From Bacteroidota bacterium (lineage in GTDB: Bacteria > Bacteroidota > Bacteroidia > Bacteroidales > JACABE01), in NCBI GenBank assembly GCA_037134755.1, contig JBAXLO010000008.1:14011-38010 (forward strand): a stretch of DNA of 24,000 nucleotides. The letters are read 5' to 3'. The notes beneath the pieces were generated by a model. The model had not been told where the DNA came from and did no database searches. It saw only the letters and a list, made by a program, of their open reading frames with translations. Positions 17,295-24,000 of the stretch are shown here, one piece after another (position 1 is the first letter of the stretch; each line of letters starts with the position of its first letter). The translations under genes and the position numbers were made by a program.

Positions 17295-19372
17295 GAGCGT
17301 CCTCCATCTTCCAGATATGTTACTATTAGCTCATCTCTTGCTCTTGTTGACGCAACATATTTTTCACATTCAATTAGTTTGTCATAATATTCACCAATTT
17401 CTGGAGAATCACTTTCGATGCTTCTATAATTTTTTATATTGTTATAGTCAAATATTATAACGACCTCAAACTCAAGCCCTTTTACTCCCATAATAGTACA
17501 AATACACACTCCCTTATCTTTCCCCGGAATGATATCATCAATTAGCAAAGTTGATACTATCTCAGATAAAATTAGAACTGCTTTTATTTCATTGCTCTCT
17601 TTAATTGTAGGGCAAATAATGCAAATTTGATTTGGTGCTCTTCCAGTTTTTATTAGATCTTGAACCTTTGATGCTATAAATTTATACTGGCTTGCTTCAG
17701 TGGTAAAGCCCTCAACTAGGGGATCAGCGCCACTCACGATTGATTTATATTCTTTAATATGGCCATTGACCATCTCTGATTGTATGAATTGATATCTAGC
17801 ATAATCGTTTATTTGTTTAGTTGTTCTATAATTTATTGATAAATATTGCGTTCTTCCAACTATATTAATTTCTATTTTATTTTTCCATGTCCCAAGGTTA
17901 AATATCCTTTGATTCATATCAGAAAGTATAAATATATTATTTTCTTTGGTTTTTACACACTTGCATAACGCCTTAAGTTTGATTGGTTCTAAATCCTGGG
18001 CCTCATCGATAATAATTGAATCATATTCCGCGTGTATTGAGCCCTCAATTAGTCCACTATTCATTTTATGAGCTCGATCTACAAAGGTTGTAATACCTCG
18101 CAACCTTTTTTCGTTTAATAATACTTCGAAGAACTTCCAAACAATTATACGTTTTTTTTCGTTAAGAGGCATTCCCGTTCCAGTTCGATCAGCTAGAAGG
18201 TATTCGCTCTCTGTTGTTATATTATATTTTTCAATAACCTCGTTATATTCAAATTGGTAAAACCCTTTTGTTCCCTTAGGTTTAAGTTGCTCATAAATCG
18301 TTGTAATTAACTTTTGCATACCTTGTGTATCGACATTTTGGATATGCCCATAAGCGTTGTTTAATGTAGAAAGTATAAAGCTATCAATTCCTACAACATC
18401 TATATTGTTCTTAATTCCCTTTATACGAATTAATTCCTCAACCTTCTCATTAATACTTTTGGCTAACTTTTTACTAAAAGTGCAAATTAAAATTTTCTTT
18501 CCGTCTTCAGACTTGTAAACATTTTGTGATAGGTAAATTGCTCTATGTATACCCACTATTGTTTTACCTGTTCCTGGGCCGCCTTCGATGAGTGCGGGGC
18601 CATTGAAATTCTTCTTAACAATCTCTTCTTGGCTTGGGTGAAGGAATAAAGTCCATTTTTCGAACGAATCATTGTCAGTCAAAATCTGTAATTCCTCTAA
18701 GGAATCAACTAAATAAAACCTTCTCTTGCTATCTTTATGATTTATTGAATTTTGAGTATCTTGATATTTATCATCAACTAACTCATTATAAATGGTTTCA
18801 TAGCTTTTAATACCAGACGCTAAATCTAGTAAAGCTTCTTGAATTTCTGAGGGAAAGATTGTAACGTAATCTAGATATTTATCCTCATTGGAAATGTTAA
18901 TTAAATTCTCTGCATGAATTTCGGCAATCCCAAGTTTTATTAAATTTTTAGCCTTAATGTTATTTGCTTTTAATAAAGACTTCTCTTCAATCATTTCATA
19001 TGGCTCATTTTGTTTAAGTTGATCTTCTTTATTATTCATAAGATTTTCATCATATATATATTCTGCCCCGAACTTTGTCTTATTTAAAGACTTACCCTCG
19101 CACCAATCATATGCTTGATCATGATGATCAACATATAAAATAGTGAAAATATCGCCCTGGGGTACAAATATCATTCTAATATCATCATTTACCCTTGCAC
19201 TTCTAAATTTCGGATCACACTTGACTCTATCAATACTATGGACTTGTAGCGATGCGCTTTTATGATTTTCAGATAATAAATTAATTGTATTTAAGGTAAG
19301 CTTTCTTGACTGTGCATCTAGTTTGAACACACTACTTAAGTAAGACTCTGTAATTGCAATATTCTTATCCAT
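17291..19372 (-). CDS. UvrD-like SF1 helicase with a distinct ~95-aa N-terminal domain, 693 aa
   Basis: Motif I is LIEGGPGTGKTIVGIHRA (18560..18580). ILICTFSKKLA. Motif II is IIIDEAQDLEP. SDMNQRIF. INYRTTKQI. TIMGVKGLEFEVVIIFD. YVASTRARDELIV. GAGGTG SD at 19377..19382. Confidence 0.85.
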   Translation of the reverse strand: MDKNIAITESYLSSVFKLDAQSRKLTLNTINLLSENHKSASLQVHSIDRVKCDPKFRSARVNDDIRMIFVPQGDIFTILYVDHHDQAYDWCEGKSLNKTKFGAEYIYDENLMNNKEDQLKQNEPYEMIEEKSLLKANNIKAKNLIKLGIAEIHAENLINISNEDKYLDYVTIFPSEIQEALLDLASGIKSYETIYNELVDDKYQDTQNSINHKDSKRRFYLVDSLEELQILTDNDSFEKWTLFLHPSQEEIVKKNFNGPALIEGGPGTGKTIVGIHRAIYLSQNVYKSEDGKKILICTFSKKLAKSINEKVEELIRIKGIKNNIDVVGIDSFILSTLNNAYGHIQNVDTQGMQKLITTIYEQLKPKGTKGFYQFEYNEVIEKYNITTESEYLLADRTGTGMPLNEKKRIIVWKFFEVLLNEKRLRGITTFVDRAHKMNSGLIEGSIHAEYDSIIIDEAQDLEPIKLKALCKCVKTKENNIFILSDMNQRIFNLGTWKNKIEINIVGRTQYLSINYRTTKQINDYARYQFIQSEMVNGHIKEYKSIVSGADPLVEGFTTEASQYKFIASKVQDLIKTGRAPNQICIICPTIKESNEIKAVLILSEIVSTLLIDDIIPGKDKGVCICTIMGVKGLEFEVVIIFDYNNIKNYRSIESDSPEIGEYYDKLIECEKYVASTRARDELIVTYLEDGGRS

Positions 19373-19376
19373 TTAG

Positions 19377-19382
19377 CACCTC
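19377..19382 (-). promoter_or_regulatory. Shine-Dalgarno GAGGTG for the first UvrD-like helicase gene
   Basis: Plus-strand cacctc inside the 16-nt dndA-helicase gap, 4-6 nt before the ATG at 19372. Confidence 0.6.
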
Positions 19383-19388
19383 GGCATT

Positions 19389-20582
19389 TTAGATATTATT
19401 AATAATAAAATTCAATGCATCCATTATTTCAGACTTAGATGTTTTAGTTCCATAAGATATTCTCAGAACATTTCCTGTCATATTCTCAAGACCTATTGCC
19501 TTCAAGACGTGAGATGGTTGGCCTGCTGTACATGCAGAGCCAGATGAAAGGCAGTATTTATCGCTTATTTTCTTTATAAATCTTTCATTATTAAAATCTT
19601 CATTTTTAATTATTAAGCTTAATATCCCTGGGAGTTTATTGTCAGGGTCTCCCAATATTTCAATGCCTTCTATTTTTTTTAAAAGTGAATTTATCTCTCT
19701 ATCAATTTCTAAATAATGCTGCTGATTTTTAGCCTTATCCCTAATAACTATCTCCGCAGCCTTACCAAAACCAACAATATTATGAACGGCTAAAGTTCCA
19801 GCCCTAAGACCATTTTCTTGTTCTCCTCCGTGAATTAGTGAGGATATTGGAGGTAAACCAAAATCATCTTCCCGAATATATGCTGCTCCTACTCCTTTAG
19901 GTCCGTTTAATTTATGTGCAGAGAAAGAAAGAAAATCTACTTTAGTCTTCTCGACATCTACATCTATCTTCGCTATAACTTGAGTTGCATCAGAATGAAT
20001 GGGAACCATCTTGCTGTGAGATATTTCAGCAAGTTTTAAAATGTCATTAATGGTTCCTATTTCATTATTTCCCCATATTAATGAGACAAGAATTGTCGAA
20101 TTCTTTATATTGTCCAACAAATTTTCAGGTTCAACTTGTGCATATTTGTTTACTTCTAAGAAAGTTACTTCATACCCTCTATCTACCTTTAAAATTTTAT
20201 CAGTTATAGAGAAAGAAGAATCTTTATTTGAATATAATTCTCCATTTAAGAATTTGCATGTGTTTAAAGTTGCCTTATGCTCAACCATTGATGTTATAAT
20301 ATGATTTCCTTTTTTAGTATAAAGCTTCTGGTAGTCAGCTATACCTTTGATGATCATGTTCGTACTTTCAGTTGCGCCTGAGGTGAAAACAATGCTTTGT
20401 GGCTGCGTATTGATTAGTTTAGCCACCCAGAGTCGACTTTCTTCAACTGCTTCTTTTGCTGAAGCAGCTAGTTTATAATACTTACTTGAGGGGTTTCCAT
20501 ATTCTAAAGTTAGATAAGGAATCATTGCCTCATAAACTTCTTTAGCGATTGGCGTTGTAGCGCAATAATCCAAATATGTCAT
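19389..20582 (-). CDS. dndA: cysteine desulfurase (NifS/IscS class V aminotransferase), DndA by context
   Basis: TSGATESTN. PLP-lysine motif SFSAHKLNGPKGVGAAYI (K224). Active-site cysteine loop LSSGSACTAG (C351). ATGA overlap with dndE. Confidence 0.88.
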   Translation of the reverse strand: MTYLDYCATTPIAKEVYEAMIPYLTLEYGNPSSKYYKLAASAKEAVEESRLWVAKLINTQPQSIVFTSGATESTNMIIKGIADYQKLYTKKGNHIITSMVEHKATLNTCKFLNGELYSNKDSSFSITDKILKVDRGYEVTFLEVNKYAQVEPENLLDNIKNSTILVSLIWGNNEIGTINDILKLAEISHSKMVPIHSDATQVIAKIDVDVEKTKVDFLSFSAHKLNGPKGVGAAYIREDDFGLPPISSLIHGGEQENGLRAGTLAVHNIVGFGKAAEIVIRDKAKNQQHYLEIDREINSLLKKIEGIEILGDPDNKLPGILSLIIKNEDFNNERFIKKISDKYCLSSGSACTAGQPSHVLKAIGLENMTGNVLRISYGTKTSKSEIMDALNFIINNI

Positions 20583-20959
20583 ACGGTGTCACCAACTCCT
20601 AAGTTTTGCATTACATATCTGTCCAAAGATCCTGCATGATTATACATATCTAATAATAACTTAGAGCCTCTATCAATATGCGCCTTAACATAATGCGGAA
20701 AATAATCGTCTTCAGGCAAGTTTTTGCCTTCCACTTGTTCTATCATTACTTTAAAATAAGCATCGTAATCACCAGTTATTGTTTGCCTATTCAAGTCTAA
20801 ACCCTCTGAATCAGATTTAAACTTTTCTACTGAAGTCCCTTGTCTTAAAGACCAACAGATAGCATGTTTAACCAAGGTATAAGGCCTTAAGTGCATTCGG
20901 CTCTCAAGCTCTTTAAAAATTGTTTCTGTTTCCTTTGAAGTTTTTAATCTAAAAATCAT
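20579..20959 (-). CDS. dndE: DNA sulfur modification protein DndE
   Basis: A 126-aa protein between dndD and the desulfurase, overlapping both by 4 nt (ATGA). The N-terminal FRLKTSKETETIFKELESRMHLRPYTLVKHAICWSL resembles the DndE family as I remember it. Size and position are typical. Confidence 0.8.
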   Translation of the reverse strand: MIFRLKTSKETETIFKELESRMHLRPYTLVKHAICWSLRQGTSVEKFKSDSEGLDLNRQTITGDYDAYFKVMIEQVEGKNLPEDDYFPHYVKAHIDRGSKLLLDMYNHAGSLDRYVMQNLGVGDTV

Positions 20960-23154
20960 AAGTTATCACCCCTAAAAAAGTAACCTGTATTTACAATTGT
21001 CTTGCTAATTGTCTCGTCGTATTCCAACAAGTACTCTTGCCCAATAAATGGCTTTATTACTTTATAGTAAGTTTTATTTATTTCTTCATCCGTTGAAAAT
21101 ATGATTACTTGGTCACTTATTGATGGGAAAAACTCTCTTGAAATTTGTTCTCTATGTTCAGTATCAATTCTCGCATATGGTGTATCAATAATGAATGGTA
21201 AATCTTTCCCCGATGCTTTAATAATTGCCCAATAAAGACACAGTATGAATATTTGCTTTTCACCTTTTGAAAGTTGGTTAAGCTCAATTTTCTTAAAAAT
21301 TGAAATAGAAATATCATCAAAAATCCCAACTTGATCCTGTGACTTTTTTAGAATATTTTTTAATTGGGAGAACGAATTGATATTAAAATGATTTAAGAGA
21401 ATTTCTACGCCTTTTCCACCAATTCTTTTTGACAATTCATCCAATCCTATATTTTGAATTAATCTGCTCAATTCTTTGTATTGATAACTTTGGATTTTAT
21501 ACAAATTTATATTAAACTTGTTGTCTATTTCGACTAAGTCTATGAGATTCTCTTTTCTCATTATTTTTTTTAACATATTAAGAGATAGCTCTTCAATTTG
21601 CTTATATTTTGTATCTAGCATTTTATCAATAATTTGGCTCATTACAAAACTAGTCTTTTGAGTCAGTTCATATATGTTCTTATCTTTTGCATTAGCTTTG
21701 ATTTTCTCCATAACTAGAGTTTTATTAGTATTTAATTCATCATAGCGTGATTTTATATCTTGTTCTTCGGCAACTATTAAATCAAGTTTAGCTTTTGTTT
21801 CATATTCTGATTCAGTTAATTCGGTGAACTGTTTTGAAAACGAATTAAAGTCAATCTCAGATAAAGTATCTCTGAGAATTTTATTTAATCTTGAAGTTTC
21901 TTGTGCGAGGCTAGTTTTGGCATTTATCATTAAGATCATTTTTTTAGCATCAAATTTATTAATATCTTCAAGAACCGCACTAACTTTACTATTCTGCTCT
22001 TGCGATAAATCGTGAATAAGTTCTAACTCTTCAGTGTCTTGATCGTTATCTGGTCTCCAGTCTGCTATAAGTTTTTTTGCCAAGTCTTTCGCAAAATTAT
22101 CCACATCAATGGAGCTAATTTTATTAGTATTTAAAGATTCAATTACTGAATTCTTGAATTCGTCTGATTCTAATTTATTTTTTAATATATTATATTGTTG
22201 CACTTCAGTTTCTAAGGAAATTTGTTTCTTAACGTTTGAAGCAATATCCTTTGTTATTATAAAAGGCATTAAACCCTCAAGGTAGTTCTTTATATTAATG
22301 CTAATCTCATCCTTCGCGCGTTCCTTATCCTTAAGTTGGTTATTTAATTCCTCTCGCTCATTCTCACTCATTCCACCTGATTCCTTGAACCTTTTATCAA
22401 GTATCTCTTTATCTGAATATATTTCAGCTAATTTTTCATTGTAACTCGTTTCCTTTTTCTCAAGATCAGCAATTTGTTCATTAACTTGATCAATGCTAGC
22501 CTTTATAAGATCATATTCCTGAGTTAATAAAATAATCTCTTCTGAGTTTTCGCTGCTGCTAATATAGTTTTCAGTAAATTTCTTTATCAATTCAAAAGTA
22601 TCTAAAGAGCATAATGTTAAAAATGCATTTTTTAGATATGAATTATAATTATTTGAAGCAAAAAATTTTGCAACTTCCTCACCATCAAAGAAAAAATAAT
22701 CAAATAGATTTGGAGGTAGTTCATTGAATAAATAATTATTAAAGAAAACAATGTCATCACTATCTAACTGCTTATCTTTATAAAATATTTTAAGATTTTC
22801 TGTTATCCTTTGATTATTAAAATTCCACTCTCTTCTAACAATGTAGTTTTTTCTTTCCCTTTCATCAACAATTTCAAAATCTACCTCTATATATGCACTT
22901 ACTTCTTTGTTTGAATAAGCATCATCGTTTATTAGCTCTTTTATTTTTGATAAGTAGAATGCACTATTAGTCTGATAGTTAAAGCATAGTGGTCCATAAA
23001 GTGCTAGTTTTATCGCTGTAAAAAGAGAAGTCTTGCCAGTGCCGTTTTGACCTCCGATTAACACTATTTTCTTATCCTGACCTAAGGTAAAATCAAATTC
23101 AAATTCACCCAAATATGAGCTAAAATTACATAATTTTATCTTATTGATTCTCAT
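20956..23154 (-). CDS. dndD: DNA sulfur modification protein DndD (SMC/ABC-like ATPase)
   Basis: N-terminal MRINKIKLCNFSSYLGEFEFDF...LIGGQNGTGKTSLFTAIKLALYG (Walker A 23029..23055). Long central coiled-coil. ABC signature-like LSKGEKQIFILCLYWAI. Walker B PFIIDTPYARID. Overlaps dndC by 14 nt. Confidence 0.9.
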   Translation of the reverse strand: MRINKIKLCNFSSYLGEFEFDFTLGQDKKIVLIGGQNGTGKTSLFTAIKLALYGPLCFNYQTNSAFYLSKIKELINDDAYSNKEVSAYIEVDFEIVDERERKNYIVRREWNFNNQRITENLKIFYKDKQLDSDDIVFFNNYLFNELPPNLFDYFFFDGEEVAKFFASNNYNSYLKNAFLTLCSLDTFELIKKFTENYISSSENSEEIILLTQEYDLIKASIDQVNEQIADLEKKETSYNEKLAEIYSDKEILDKRFKESGGMSENEREELNNQLKDKERAKDEISINIKNYLEGLMPFIITKDIASNVKKQISLETEVQQYNILKNKLESDEFKNSVIESLNTNKISSIDVDNFAKDLAKKLIADWRPDNDQDTEELELIHDLSQEQNSKVSAVLEDINKFDAKKMILMINAKTSLAQETSRLNKILRDTLSEIDFNSFSKQFTELTESEYETKAKLDLIVAEEQDIKSRYDELNTNKTLVMEKIKANAKDKNIYELTQKTSFVMSQIIDKMLDTKYKQIEELSLNMLKKIMRKENLIDLVEIDNKFNINLYKIQSYQYKELSRLIQNIGLDELSKRIGGKGVEILLNHFNINSFSQLKNILKKSQDQVGIFDDISISIFKKIELNQLSKGEKQIFILCLYWAIIKASGKDLPFIIDTPYARIDTEHREQISREFFPSISDQVIIFSTDEEINKTYYKVIKPFIGQEYLLEYDETISKTIVNTGYFFRGDNL

Positions 23155-24000
23155 TTTCGATCTCCCTCATCACGTCAAAATGCAGCCATTGCTGAGTTAA
23201 TGATTTTTCAAGAGCATTCCGTAAAATTTTGGGATTTGAGAAGTGTTTATTTTTTGTTGTTTCGAAAATTAACTTTTTAATCAAATCAAATGGCACATCT
23301 GTTGAAGTTGAAAGTTCTTCTAATTTAGAAATTGTTTCAGCGTCAAATAATGGCTTTTTGAGGTCATGCCATGGTAATTTCTCTCCTATTTCACTTTCAT
23401 AAAGCTCAACTAATGTTCTTCTGCCTAGATCTAATTCTTCATCCCATATCTTGTCTATTGCCTTTAATTCTTCATTAGTAATAAGCTCATAATTCATTTC
23501 CTTTTGAATTTTTAATAATTCTCTTAATATCATTTGTCTAGCTTCCCAGGTAAACGGTCCATATCCCATATCTCCAGCAGCCGTGATATATATACTCCCG
23601 TCCCTTCGCTTCTTTTGTCTATTTTCAGAAATATCTCTTTCATCCATTAGCCATTTCCTAAATCTTGCCAAAGGAATTAACTCTCTATGGCCGTTGCGAA
23701 TAAAGCCATTAAGCGATTTGTCTTCTTTTACAACTGTGCATATCCAACAACCGAATCTCGACTGACCGCATGTTTGTGTTTGTTCATTCTTAACTGTTAT
23801 GCCCGCGAAAGGACATTCCCCACTATCTGCGTCAGTATAAAGTTCTATAATTTTTGCGTTAGTTGTTCCCCATGGAGTAGTCTTCGCTGACAAAATATCC
23901 CAAACATCTTCTGTTGTTAATTCTGATATAGGAGAATATACAAACGCTTGTTTTAGAGTATCGTGCCTATTAAGCAATTTCCCTATTATTTCTCTATCTT
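23141..24000 (-). CDS. dndC: DNA phosphorothioation protein DndC (PAPS-reductase-like, Fe-S), C-terminal part only
   Basis: Cysteine cluster GECPFAGITVKNEQTQTCGQSRFGCWICTV (23738..23815) is the DndC hallmark as I remember it. The listed start at 23977 is a TTG. The frame stays open upstream to base 24000 (...DREIIGKLLNRH), so the true N-terminus lies outside the window. Confidence 0.9.
   Translation of the reverse strand, partial: DREIIGKLLNRHDTLKQAFVYSPISELTTEDVWDILSAKTTPWGTTNAKIIELYTDADSGECPFAGITVKNEQTQTCGQSRFGCWICTVVKEDKSLNGFIRNGHRELIPLARFRKWLMDERDISENRQKKRRDGSIYITAAGDMGYGPFTWEARQMILRELLKIQKEMNYELITNEELKAIDKIWDEELDLGRRTLVELYESEIGEKLPWHDLKKPLFDAETISKLEELSTSTDVPFDLIKKLIFETTKNKHFSNPKILRNALEKSLTQQWLHFDVMREIENENQ

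Noticed and set aside
8397-19372. Canonical DndFGH restriction genes downstream of the dnd module
   Set aside because: The number, sizes and domain architectures do not fit my recollection of DndF, DndG and DndH. Here the genes include UvrD-like helicases, a NERD fusion, a Cys4 protein and an Hsp70. This needs profile confirmation, so it is a rejection by architecture only.
21117-21329. Nested minus-strand ORF of 70 aa inside dndD
   Set aside because: It is out of frame within the dndD region that encodes the ABC signature and Walker B. It is a shadow ORF.
3403-23890. Remaining short plus-strand ORFs (for example 3403..3648, 4529..4723, 5244..5528, 5697..6104, 8308..8571, 10275..10649, 12548..12808, 15417..15638, 16702..16944, 20041..20304, 21824..22015, 23583..23890)
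   Set aside because: All are embedded antisense within well-supported minus-strand genes, and their composition is typical of shadow ORFs.
1-24000. Mobile elements, tRNA/rRNA genes, CRISPR arrays, intrinsic terminators
   Set aside because: I found no transposase- or integrase-like ORF, no repeat-spacer periodicity and no GC-rich hairpin followed by a T-tract. The largest non-coding gap is 31 nt (8366..8396).

Overview
This AT-rich window (G+C judged by eye, not computed) has strong GGAGG-type Shine-Dalgarno sites, which suggests a low-GC Firmicute-like host. One uninterrupted minus-strand array of 14 long ORFs fills it; junctions either overlap (14, 4, 4, 4, 4 nt) or leave gaps of 2-31 nt. 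I saw no tRNA, rRNA, CRISPR array, transposase or promoter-sized intergenic gap. The upstream (right) end is a DNA phosphorothioation modification module in the order dndC (5' end cut by the window edge), dndD, dndE, dndA. Ten tightly linked genes follow that do not look like the canonical dndFGH partner. (i) A translationally coupled trio: a UvrD-like SF1 helicase, a NERD-UvrD fusion helicase, and a large protein with a C-terminal AddB/Cas4-type four-cysteine motif. (ii) A 214-aa orphan, a 237-aa coiled-coil protein and a short HscC-like Hsp70 ATPase. (iii) A RapA-like SNF2 ATPase, a RecQ-like helicase with a displaced zinc motif, a 264-aa orphan and a GSGKSH P-loop NTPase. That last ORF runs off the left edge and is missing from the supplied ORF track; I found it by hand translation. 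The main hypothesis is that these ten genes are one or more phosphorothioate-linked defence effector modules. The central helicase/nuclease-like trio and the Hsp70 module are the least like anything I can name. All family calls rest on motifs read by eye; no searches were run.
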